This document shows positions 36,727-47,760 of a stretch of 64,000 bases of DNA, piece by piece; position 1 is the stretch's first letter, and the number at the start of each line of letters is the position of its first letter. This stretch comes from Azolla caroliniana. Lineage: Eukaryota > Plantae > Polypodiophyta. Where the stretch lies: the NCBI GenBank assembly GCA_043228905.1, contig JBHGNT010000005.1, positions 6,696,001 through 6,760,000 on the forward strand, given 5' to 3'. A model generated the notes under the pieces. It was not told the DNA's origin. It worked only from the letters and a program-made list of their open reading frames with translations, and ran no database searches. The position numbers and the translations under genes were made by a program.

Positions 36727-39700
36727 TCAGGGGGACACGTGGCGTCCTCCGTGGTGGTCTCCCGAAACTCGTTTGTGCCGTGTGGCTTGGTAAACGGGTT
36801 GGGTGGTGTAGTCCCTCGATATGGTCGAAGTCAGAAACCATTGGCCCAGCTTTTGACAGTGTCGCCGGCGAGTGTGCCGAGCTGGAACGTCCCGTTGAAC
36901 TCGTCGATAATCCAGAATGGACCGGTCCACCGAAATCTTAATTTTCCCGGCATTGACCCGAGTCCTGTTTGAAACAGAAGAACTGGTTTGCTGATGGTGA
37001 GCTCCTTCTCTAGCCCGTGTCGATGTCGATCCACGAAAGCCTTGCGTTGCCATTGTCGTTGCCGTTGTTCGAGTGGGCCATACTCTCTATCCTATCTTCG
37101 CTGAGTTCGAGGAGTTGTTCCAGCCAGGATTGCTCGGATTGGGCCTCGGGGAGCCGTGCTTTGACTTGAACTCGGAGGCTCGGGACTTGGAACTCGACGG
37201 GCATTACGTCTTCTAACCCGAACGCCATTCGAAAGGGGGTTGATTGGATGCTTGTTTTGAAAGTCATACGATACGCCCACATCGTGCTCTGGAGTTTGTC
37301 ATCCCAATCGGTCCTGTTTTCATTGACGATCTTCTTCAGTATGGTTTGGAGGATTTTATTGGTCGATTCCGCCAAGCCGTTCGCCTGCGGGTAGTATGGT
37401 GTGCTTTTCTTGTGCACCACCGCGTAGTGGTGTGTAAGCTCACGTATTATATGATTGATGAAGTGCCCACCTTGGTCACTAACGAGCTCGATTGGGCATC
37501 CGTAACGGCACCAGAGGTGCTCGTACACGAATTTAGTCGTGAATGCCGCCGTGTTATCTCGGAGTGCCTTAGCCTCGACCCATTTGGTGCAGTAATCCGT
37601 GGCAACGATAATATACCTATTCCCTGTTCGGGCCGCGGGTGGTTTGAAAGGGCCTACAAAATCCAAACCCCATTTTTGAATGGGTCCAACTGAAGAATCG
37701 GCTGGTGTGGCATCCGTGACTATTCCATTGGTTGCCCCAATCGTTGGCACAAATTGCACTGCCAGCAAAACTCGTGAGCGTCTTTCTTCGTTGTCGGCCA
37801 CCACAATCCACTTTGCCAAACTTTTCTTGCCGTAGAATCCCCGGCGTAGTGCCCCCCAACTACTCCTTGGTGGGCTTCCTGAAGAACGGCGTTCTTCTCG
37901 AATTGCCGAATCGCTTGGCGCCATATGCCGTCCGAGCCTTTCTGGTAGAGAATGTCTGAGACGAGGCAAAAATTCCGGCTACGCATTGCTAGGCGTTTTC
38001 TCGTGTCAAGGGTCATGTGCTCGGGAGGTACACCGGTGGTGAGAAAATGGGTCATCTCCGTGATCCATTCATCTCCGTTATCGTCTGGTATCGTCGTCAG
38101 GTTAAATAGGCTGGCGTCCGGTAGCTCGTCGTACGTTGTTTTCGCCGGTTCTCCTGACTCAAGATGGCTCAAGTAGTCGGCGACGGCATGTTGTACCCCG
38201 GGTCGATGTTGTACCCCGGCAAAAATTCCGGCTACGCACTGCTAGGCGTTTTCTCGTGTCAAGGGTCATGTGCTCGGGAGGTACACCGGTGGTGAGAAAA
38301 TGGGTCATCTCCGTGATCCATTCATCTCCGTTATCGTCTGGTATCGTCGTCAGGTTAAATAGGCTGGCGTCCGGTAGCTCGTCGTACGTTGTTTTCACCG
38401 GTTCTCCTGACTCAAGATGGCTCAAGTAGTCGGCGACGGCATGTTGTACCCCGGGTCGATGTTGTACCCCGGCAAAAATTCCGGCTACGCACTGCTAGGC
38501 GTTTTCTCGTGTCAAGGGTCATGTGCTCGGGAGGTACACCGGTGGTGAGAAAATGGGTCATCTCCGTGATCCATTCATCTCCGTTATCGTCTGGTATCGT
38601 CGTCAGGTTAAATAGGCTGGCGTCCGGTAGCTCGTCGTACGTTGTTTTCGCCGGTTCTCCTGACTCAAGATGGCTCAAGTAGTCGGCGACGGCATGTTGT
38701 ACCCCGGGTCGATGTTGAATCTGGAAATCAAACTCTTGTAGTAGGAGCATCCACCGAGCCAACCGTCCGGTAAGGCCTTGCTTATTGACCAAATAAAGAA
38801 GGGCCGAGTGATCCACGTGAAAGGTAAATTTTCGGCCCAAGAGGTAATGCCGAAATTTATTGATGCTATAAATCATACCGAGGGCCTCCCGCTCGGTGGT
38901 GGAGTAATTCTTTTCCGCGGTCGAGAGCCGTCGGCTAGCGTAGTACACGGGCCTATACCAATTCGGGGGTGTGCATTGCATCAGGGCACTTCCGATGGCG
39001 ATGTCCGAAGCATCTACGAAGACATGAAACAGTTCGGACCAAACCGGAGACTGGACCACCGGGGCATGTGACAACATTCGTTTCAGGGTCTGATAGGCCG
39101 TGTCCTCAATTGACGTCCATTGGAAAGGAAGGCAATGGACTGCCGCGTGTAAGGGTGTCGCGAAATCGGCCAGGTGTCGTATCATTTGGCTCTGCCACCG
39201 GATTTGTCCCAAAAAACAGCTTAGTGCCTTAGCGTTCGAGGGTGCGGTGGCATTCAGGATTGCCTTTACTTTATCCGGGTCCATAGCGATGCCTTCTTGA
39301 CTGACAATGTGGCTGAGAAGGTTGCCGTTGGTGACTAAGAACGCACATTTCGCCGGGTTTAAACTCAATCGAGCTTGGCGACATCGGCCCAGGCAGAGTC
39401 GTAACTGGGTCATGTGTTCTTGTCGATGGCCATACACGGTGAAATCGTCGAGAAAGACTTGCATGAACGTCGGGATGTAGTCATGAAAGATTTCGGTGAT
39501 GATGCGCTGGAACGTAGCCGACGCCGTTTTTAGACCGAACATCATAACTTCTGCTACAAAAACACCCCATTCCGTGACGAAAGCGGTTTTCTCCTGATCC
39601 TCCGGGTGCATTCTTATCTGGTTATAACCGCTGAACCCGTCGAGGAAACTGTAGCATTGGTGGCCGGCTACCGTGTCGAGGACCCTATCCGTGAATGGGA

Positions 39701-41099
39701 GAGGGAAACCGTCGGTGACTGTTGCGGCGTTAAGCTTCCGATAGTCGACGCAGACGCGGATTTTTCCGTTCTTCTTTGGGACCACTACGATCGGGCTCAA
39801 CCATGTAGCCCGTTTAACAGGGCGAATGAAGCCCACTCGGAGTAGTTTGTCAATTTCCTCTTTGACTTTAGCGGCATAGTTGGGGTTCATCCTGTAGCGC
39901 CTCTGCTGAACTGGCCGAGTGTCGAGTAAGATGTGAATTTGATGTCGGTAGTATTCAGGATCCAGCCCCTTCATATCGGTGTAAGACCAAGCGAAAACAT
40001 CCTGGTAGCCGGTGAGTAATTTTACGAGGCATGCTCGTTCTCCGGTTGGTAGATTATTGGCAATTTGTACCGTACGGGGATTCTCGTCCGAACCGAGGTT
40101 TATTGTTTCCAGGGTTGATGCTTTCACTCGTTGTGAAATGGCGAGTTCGCGTTCGAAAGCCTCCCGAGCATGACGTAGCTCGGCAACCGTGGTTGCATCT
40201 GGTTCCTCCTGGGGTGGTGACTCCTCCGTGACTTCCTCGTCTTTAGATGGCTCGATGGTTGGTAAGGCATTGATTTCGAAGAGAGGGATGATCGTGGGAT
40301 GATCATCTAGGAAGTCATCGACCTCCTCATCGGCCAACCCGCCGAGCATATGGACCCCTTCCGCGTATAACGGCGAAGTGTTGAGGGCGACGGGCACTCG
40401 TTCTTCAATGATAATTCGGACTTTTGTCTTTCCTCTTCGGAACGAGATCATGTTGCGTTGCCAATGTTGCTTGATATTCATTGTACGCAACCATGGTCGA
40501 CCTAGTAAAATTGGGTAGGCGCCTTGTGTCTCCAGTCTTAGCACGACGGCCGAGATCGTGAACATGTGGCCTCCGAGTGTGAAGTCGAGATGGCGGATTA
40601 AACCAATGGGGCGAACTGAGTGGGTGTCGGCCATCCGAAGCCAAAAGGGGCATGGTTCCCATTGATTCAGGCCGAGGTTGAGACACGTTGACTCGCTAAT
40701 AACGTTTACGCCGGATCCGTCGTCGATGATGCATCCGTGCAGGTCTTGTCCCTTAATGATGATTCGCACGGCTGGGTTCTGAGAATCCATGAGTGGTGGA
40801 TTGGTTCCTGCTTCGGTGAGGTGTACCGGTGGCGTCACGGCCTTAGTATTGGCCTGGAGTGCCGCCAGGGTGTCCCGAAATCTCGGCATGAGTGGTAGCA
40901 GTTTATGTAGGGGCAGCGAGATGTGGGAGTTGGTAAGAACATCCCATAGCTGGTCGTCCTCCGACGACGTGGATGGTGCCGAGGTTTGTGGTACTTCCCT
41001 GGGCCCATCCCTCATGTCAGTTTGCATGCGTACGGCATTATTTTTATTGGTTGTGTCGACCCATTCCTTTGTTGCCTGACGTACGTCATCCTGGATTTG
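36727..41099 (-). CDS. Gypsy pol (PR, RT, RNase H, integrase), disrupted
   Basis: IIDDGSGVN (PR), CVDYRKLN and FLDD (RT), VDASD and YSTTERE (RH), HHCC, DFVGP..SDQG..AES (INT), WTGPF. Confidence 0.95.
37965..38717. repeat. 253-bp tandem triplication inside pol
   Basis: ggcaaaaattccggct at 37965, 38218 and 38471; only two substitutions noticed among the copies. Confidence 0.95.
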
Positions 41100-42503
41100 T
41101 CACTGAGTAGTCTGCGCTTTACTCCGGGTAGTGACCGTTTGAACATCGGCCATGATACTGTTCACCGCGGGTGCCTTGCCACAATTCGTTGTCGGACATT
41201 GCGTGGCGTAGTGGCTTGGTTGATTACATTTAAAACATGTCACATTGGTTGAGCTGCTGGTGTCCGCTCTGTCTGTGTGTGGAAGCTGTTGTTGTTGATT
41301 CTCGGTCTCGTTTGGTGGTGGGTTGTTCCGAGGTGCGTTGGAGTTGCGTTGATCATTTTGAGGAGCGTCCCGTTGGCGGTTGTCATTAGGTCTTCTATTG
41401 TTGCGTGTGTTGCGGTCGCCGTTTCGCCGATCAATGCGTGAGTTCCTTTGGTCATACCGGTCATCGCGATCGTCATCATATCGAGCATAATCGTCGTGCC
41501 AGTCATCGCAATAATGATCACGGCGGTTATCACGTCGATAGTCGTCGTCTCGGCGCCGTCGATACGGGGATCGCAGTTGCTCGTTATCCTGGTCTCGATA
41601 GATATATCGCTCGTCCTGCCGAGAGTATGTATTTCGTGGCTCGATCTGGCGGACCGGTGCCGCCGTTGTGCGGTTCAGCATATTATATTCGCACTGCTCT
41701 ACCGTGTGAGCTCGAGACTGACAGATCAGACACTGTGGTCGGTGGGGACATTCGAGGGCCAGGTGCCCTAATCCTGAACACGCAGTGCATTGGAGGGCTT
41801 GGCGAAAGCGATTGTCCTCTTGGGGAAGAGCGTTTTGCAAGGATGTCATCGAGAAGGCCGTGTCGTGCTGGTTCCGATCGAGGGTGAGAACGTGCGTTAT
41901 GACTTGTTCGATAGTATGGTTGGCGAAATTTGTAAGTGCCAGAGTCGTTCGTAGAGGCTCTCGTAAACTGGATAGGAAAGTGTCCGGTATATGTTGTGCC
42001 GAGACATCATTGGCCACTTGTCTGTAGAGATCCTGGAACCGGATTGTGAACTGCGCGACCATTTCGTGCGGTTCCTGGCATATAGAGAAGAATTGCCGGA
42101 GCAGTTCCCTTTTAGGCACCTCGCGATGAAAAAGTTCAAGGAACTTTGTGCGCACGATTTGGAAAGTGGTGGCCTCTCCTATTTCGAGGCGAGAGTACCA
42201 TCGTGCGGCCGGTCCATCGAGGGAGAGTGTGAACTCGGCAATCTTCGAGGCATCGATTTCGGCCGGCGTGAGGCGGTGTGTGGAGTGGTTAGCCTGCCAC
42301 GTGGATATGAAGGCACGGACATGTGACTCCACGTCTGGTCCGTCGGTGTATCGTGGGTATGGGTACGACATGATGTCGTATTGTGGGTCTTCTGGTAGCA
42401 CCGGAAAAGGGTTTAGTTCCGGTTGATTGACCTCCGGAGGGCTCGACGGGGGTTCTTGTGGTGAATCAACTCGCGATCGAGTGTCCAGTGGCGAGGATTG
42501 CAC
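41100..42503 (-). CDS. Gypsy gag
   Basis: Retrotransposon-gag core (SLDGPAARWY..QEPHE.VAQF..RF) and three CCHC knuckles; separated from pol by one in-frame TGA. Confidence 0.9.
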   Translation of the reverse strand: MQSSPLDTRSRVDSPQEPPSSPPEVNQPELNPFPVLPEDPQYDIMSYPYPRYTDGPDVESHVRAFISTWQANHSTHRLTPAEIDASKIAEFTLSLDGPAARWYSRLEIGEATTFQIVRTKFLELFHREVPKRELLRQFFSICQEPHEMVAQFTIRFQDLYRQVANDVSAQHIPDTFLSSLREPLRTTLALTNFANHTIEQVITHVLTLDRNQHDTAFSMTSLQNALPQEDNRFRQALQCTACSGLGHLALECPHRPQCLICQSRAHTVEQCEYNMLNRTTAAPVRQIEPRNTYSRQDERYIYRDQDNEQLRSPYRRRRDDDYRRDNRRDHYCDDWHDDYARYDDDRDDRYDQRNSRIDRRNGDRNTRNNRRPNDNRQRDAPQNDQRNSNAPRNNPPPNETENQQQQLPHTDRADTSSSTNVTCFKCNQPSHYATQCPTTNCGKAPAVNSIMADVQTVTTRSKAQTTQ

Positions 42504-42676
42504 TGGACAAGCCTTTGATTGATTAGGAAAGGATTGGTCAGTGACCGCCGAGTCGGAAGTTCCTTCGACTAGCTCAGGGCGTCGGGCGGGTGGCCGAGAC
42601 CTCGTGGTGCGAGAGGGCGCCGTAACGGCGGCTGGTGGTTACCTTCAACGAAGTTCGCTGTGCACTCACAACTGTA

Positions 42677-42689
42677 ACCGGGCGTGCCA
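42677..42689 (-). promoter_or_regulatory. Canonical-position tRNA-Arg PBS (TGGCACGCCCGGT)
   Basis: 5 nt downstream of the 5' LTR on the coding strand. Confidence 0.85.
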
Positions 42690-42694
42690 AATTG

Positions 42695-43150
42695 TGTTAC
42701 CCGTTCCTTTGGGTGAACACCTTCAATAGATCTGCGACTATCGGTATTCAAGGGCGTGGTACGTGAAGGCTCGTAACAGAGACGTCGAGAGAGAGACAGA
42801 GCTCAAAGAGAAAACACTAGCGGGGTCTTGATAGACGTGGCGGCGTTGAACTCATCGGTATGGATCAAAGCACAGACTCATGGAGCAAAATGGCACAAAT
42901 CAGATCTATTAATATGACAGAAAAAGATTACATAACACGGCCTGTGGCTGGTGACCTTACAAGTTTATCTAGTTACAATGGCCTAAGCTAGTGCTTCCGC
43001 CTATAGTTTTCTTCTCCCTCTCTCTGAGGTACTGGTCCTCGTTTAAATAACTTTTTCCCCTAATACACAACCGAGCCGTCGGTGGCCCGTGATACTCGGA
43101 CTCGGCGTTTGCTAATTTCCTAATTTTACATTTCTGTCCTCTGGACAACA
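42695..43150 (-). repeat. Gypsy 5' LTR
   Basis: Direct repeat of 32645-33072. Confidence 0.95.
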
Positions 43151-44826
43151 AAGAGCCGGATCGGTGTTTGGAACGAAGCCAAGTCAGTGTTTGGTAAGGT
43201 GAGCTGGAGCCATGTGCGAACTGGTAGGTCATTGGAGGCCTACACTCCTAGTCTAGTACGTAGTTATGGTTCTAGTAGTTAGTGTCAATAACTCGGTACA
43301 AGCATTGACTTACTTGTCATTACTTCTATCAGTCCTTTTAAGGACTTATATAATAGTGCCCACTGAGCACATTGTATATACAGAGTATTGAGTTTATTTT
43401 GAAATAGAGTTTATGTTCTGCTCTCTCTGTCACTCCCGCGTATTGTGTATTCTCAAGCTTCCATTGAACCTTCATTTTTGTCTTTATGTTGCTATTCGGC
43501 TGAGCCGGTTGTGTCTACACTTCTACACATAACTTTTACATGGTATCAGAGCGCGGGGGTTATAACATCCTCTGATGCCGACAAGACCTTTCAACACATA
43601 CCAAGACCTAACACCCAGTAAGAACAGACAAGAAGAGAAATGGATAGAGGAATGTCTAGCTCGCTTCTGATGGAGAAGCTCGATAGAAGCAACTACGCAT
43701 CTTGGTTGTATAAGATGCACCAATACTTGCTTGGACATGGATATTGGAGTTATGTCGATAGACCGGCTTGGGAACAAGCGACAAGCAAGGTAATGTACTG
43801 CTTTGCGTCCAGTGTTAGTGATTAGCTACTTAGCCACATCCAGGACAAAGATGCCAAAGGAAGCGTGGACAAACTTGAAAAGGGTTTTTGCTACAAGCAC
43901 CACGGCCCAGAAGCTGCAACTTAGACAAGAGTTGAGCAATGTCCGGTAGAAAGACATGTCAGTGGCCGATTATACAACCCAGATCAAGGAGATTTGTGAC
44001 TCCCTTGCCTCCATCAATGTGACCGTCGAGGAGGACGAAATGGTGCAGGTCTGTCTCAGGGGCTTGGCATTGAAGTTTGGAGCATTCTGAACGGCGGTTT
44101 GCACGAGGGAGAATACGCCTTCGTTTTTTGACTTACAGTCAAAGCTCCTTGTAGAGGAGAACCATGCGGGTGTATCGACGAGTACGCACACCGACAACAA
44201 GTTGGTCTGCACAGAGGAAGATAGGTCCCATGGTCGTGGTGGACGAGGTGGGTCGGCACCCAACGGAGGTGGCCGATAGGAGAAAAACCGAAGGCATAAT
44301 CAAAATGTTAACAACAGTTCTAGACCCTCCGGAAATAAGGGAGTCAAGGTGGCGCCGAAAACCGGCAAGCAAAGGCCGAAATGGAATGTCGGTCATGTGG
44401 TCGGAAGGGCCACAGAGAGAGCGAATGCTGGAAGAAGAGCTCTGATTTGAACAAACCCGGATCAAGTAGGGGTGACACTGATAGGCATCAAAGATCGCAC
44501 TACGCCGAAGGCTCGGGAGGAGCCAAAAATGGATCGGGCTCAACCTTTGTGATGAAGCACAAGGCTAATTCGATGAAGACAAGCACCTCAAAACCGAACG
44601 AGGTATGGTATGATGATTCCGGAGAGTCGAACCATATGACGAGCCACGAGGAGTGGTTCTCATATTTGGAGAAACCGGAACAACGGGGGGGTCATCGAAA
44701 CCGGTGACGACACCCCACATACTATCGAACAAGTCGGTGAAGTTCCCTTAAACCACGTCGAACAAAAAGGGAAGTTCATGAACGTCTTGCACATCGCAAC
44801 AATCATGAAGAACCTGGTGTCGGTGG

Positions 44827-45700
44827 CAAGGTTGTTAGGTACGTTAGATACGGTGCGGATACCATATGTGTATAACGTATTAATACGCACATAGCACCTC
44901 CCAATTTAAAAATATGTTAAATACATTTTTAAAATTTTAAAAACTTATAAAATACATATTTTACGTATAACACGTTAACTACTTCTAGAATTTGAAAATT
45001 ATTTACCTTTCTAAAAAATATTTGTAATATTGTAAAAAGCATCTATGTTTTAAAATTTACATTATAGTTCTACATCCTAAAATACCAGTTGTAATAATAT
45101 GGATGTTGACATTTACTTATTCTATAATTTAGTGTAAGTGTGTAGCACGATGTTCTACTTCAAATTGTAATTATTTGTGATTATGCCTTCATATATTGAG
45201 GAATCGTCTACGATTATCACACTTAGGATAGGTTTCTATCTTCTTTTATCTCTTCTTCTTCTTCTTCTCCTTTTATCTTCTGTGATAATCACACTCAGGA
45301 AAGGTTTCTATCTTCTTCTTCTTCTCCTTTTATCTTCTGTGATAATCACACTCAAGAAAGGTTTCTATCTTCTTCTTCTTCTATCTTCTACGATAATCAC
45401 TCTCAGGAAATATTTCTATCTTCTTCTTCTTCTTCTTCTTGTCGTCGTCTCTTCTATTCTTCTTTCTTCCTTCTTTTTTCTTCTTTTTCACTAATTTTTT
45501 TTTCTTTTGCTTTTTGTTACAATTTTACTTACATTTTTTTATAAATACATATTATACCTGTTTTTTCAAATGTATGTTAAATACCGTATTGGATAAATGT
45601 ACATGACAATTGACTGAACCAATTATGTATAGTCGTACTATACCAATTAGGAGGTATTATATGTATTTAAACATTAAATACGCGTACGTAAACAACGTTG
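44827..45700. mobile_element. Non-autonomous TIR element (hAT-like) with an internal ~50-60 bp tandem repeat; no TSD
   Basis: Imperfect TIR CAAGGTTGTTAGGTACG / CGTACGTAAACAACGTTG; AT-rich interior; gataatcacactcaggaaaggtttctatcttc repeated about 4 times at 45205-45440. Confidence 0.55.
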
Positions 45701-46890
45701 CCAAACATACATCTCCCATGCCAACAATTCCACATGCCCGTTCATTTCCCATCTTTAAAGATCCAAGATCTCTGTCTCTATAAGATGAAAAGCATTTCCA
45801 GTCAGGGGTTAGGTGGAATGACGCACCTGAATCGACCACCCATGTCAATCCCTCGCCGACAAGGTTCACTTCGTTTTGCTCTCTAATGAGCAACAACTCC
45901 CCCTCACTTGTCATGATCGTCGAGGTGTTCTTGTTGTCTCGTATCTTCTTCGGCTGAACACCATCGGATCCCCCTTTCTCTTTTCGGAAGTGACGACAAT
46001 TTTTCTAGAAGTACCCCTACTTCCCGCAATAGAAGCATGTGGGCCTCCCCATTGACTTCGACCTTGTCCCTGACTTATCTCGATTTTGGGGACTTCAATT
46101 TTGGCCTCTTCCTCGATTCATGTCACTTTCCGTGACTAAGGCCTTTGGGTCAACAATGGACTCCATATCCTTCCGGCGAGCTTCCTCGTTTAGTAAGGTT
46201 GACTTCACCTGCTCTAGGGATAGATGTTGCCCTTCCCGTTCGGCATTGCCCAATGTGACAATGAGTGTCTCCCAGTTGTTGGAAGAGATCCCAGCAACAA
46301 TAATGTTAATACCTTGTCGGCAAGAGGTACTTCTAGAGAGGTGGTTTGATTCATTGGTCCTTGGAAGGCATTAATATGCTCCGCCATGCTAGTACCATCT
46401 TGATACCAGAGTCTCACGATTTTTTTGAAAACTGAGACTTTGTTCACAACGTTCTTGTTCTCAAACATTACGCCTATTTTCTTCCAAAGGACGTTGTCAC
46501 TCGTCTCATCATCAAAGTTGTTGTATAGACTCATGTCTATAAAATACCTTATGTATGCGACCGCCTTCACATGCATGACTTCCCAAGTTGATGCATCAAT
46601 CTTGTCTGGCTTCGTCTTGCTGTATTGAACCGGCAACCATAAGTCTTTGCAAACAAGCATATCCCGCATCTTCGACTTCCACACTGAATAGTTGAGCCGA
46701 TTAACTTGAACAATCCACCAAAATGTTCGTCCATCTGCTCTGATACCACTTTGTTAGGATCGAAAACTTGCCACAACCAGTTTCTCGTATGTATATTTGG
46801 GTGCAAAGATAGTGCACAAACAAAAAACAAAAAACAAAAACTGAAAGAGACACAAGTATTTTAACATCGAAAACCCAAAAGGGAAAAAAC
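45701..46890 (-). mobile_element. Copia C 5' part: partial LTR, PBS-Met (46737-46748), gag, protease
   Basis: WKSKMRDMLVCKDLW gag, degenerate CFYCGK knuckle, WVVDSGASFH protease; LTR end ...CCTAACA at 46752. Confidence 0.85.
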
Positions 46891-46899
46891 ACACACACA

Positions 46900-47760
46900 C
46901 AAAGTTTCCTTCCGTTGCACGAGATCACCTACACTTGGTATCAGAGCGTGTGGTAGTTGAGTCATGCTTGTCACTTGTGCAACCTTAAAAAGATCACAAC
47001 TTTGGCATGCATTTGTGAAGTCTAAACTTTTGCTTGCTTCCCATTCAATTCTAGGTAATCTAGGAGTTTACTTTATTTATCTTGAATATAGTTGACAACT
47101 TTGTCCAAACGCATTTTTTTATATGACTTGGCCATCTCAAGAAGTAAGAGCACGTATAACATCAATATCTTGACTTGAAATTTTGTGATTTAGTGCTTTT
47201 CAACAATTTCAAACTTTCTAGTGTGACTTGGAACAAGCACGAATAACCTCATCTAATCAATGGAAAGGAAGTGCATTGAATATGGTAAATGGGTTAGTCA
47301 TTGAGTCTAACAAGCTAGTGTATAAGGGAATCCTTAGACAATATTTTAGTGTTAGTCACTTTACTTACTAAGCTACATTACTATATGCTCCCTTTCGCGA
47401 ATATAAGCTATCGTTCTTGTTGTACCAACCTTACTATTATATATATATCTTCTCGGATTCATGGTGTATCTTCTTGTGATTTGTTTTTTTCCACAAGTTA
47501 ACACTAGCTATCCACGAGTTATGGAGTTTGTTGTGGAGGCTGTGACTACCAAAAGAGGTTTGGAGGTTGCTTGGATGGTGGTAGGACAAGGCCACACTTA
47601 CCAATAATGTTGGAAGGGAAGCTTGACAAGATGAACTATACACTATGGAAGTTCAACTCCTATGAGCTCTTGAACATTCTCATATTGGAAGTTGAGCTGA
47701 TGGGAGTAATGGATCCAACCATGAAGGACACAAACACCCCATCTGCGGCAAAATTGTGAC
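46900..47760 (+). mobile_element. Further Copia 5' remnant (LTR end, PBS-Met at 46936, start of gag)
   Basis: CCTACA-CT-TGGTATCAGAGC; KLDKMNYTLWKF. Confidence 0.5.

Larger units (their letters stand above)
32645..43150 (-). mobile_element. Near-complete Ty3/Gypsy non-chromovirus element (10.5 kb) with a 3' extra ORF
   Basis: LTRs 32645-33072 and 42695-43150 (TG...CA; ~17 substitutions by eye, plus 2-bp and 30-bp indels); TSD AAGAG; order gag-PR-RT-RH-INT; no chromodomain and no second RNase H seen. Confidence 0.97.
32594..44826 (+). mobile_element. Copia B: 5' LTR (32594-32644 + 43156-43540, split by the Gypsy), PBS-Met, gag/protease; 3' part missing
   Basis: LTR TGTTGAG...TTTTACA; TGGTATCAGAGC at 43541; EKLDRSNYASW gag; CxxCx4Hx4C knuckle; WY.DSG.SNHMT protease. 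Confidence 0.85.

Noticed and set aside
33200-42450. Many plus-strand ORFs opposite the Gypsy genes
   Set aside because: These are expected antisense shadows of GC-rich coding sequence with no motifs.
45177-45494. Leu-rich membrane-like ORF
   Set aside because: It is a translation of the CTT-rich tandem repeat.
29427-46890. Copia A and Copia C as one element with a permuted LTR (1-LTR circle integration)
   Set aside because: Both carry the same gag region in clearly different versions (LLLLCTLSDSWENL vs LLLLGSLP..WETL), so they are separate elements.
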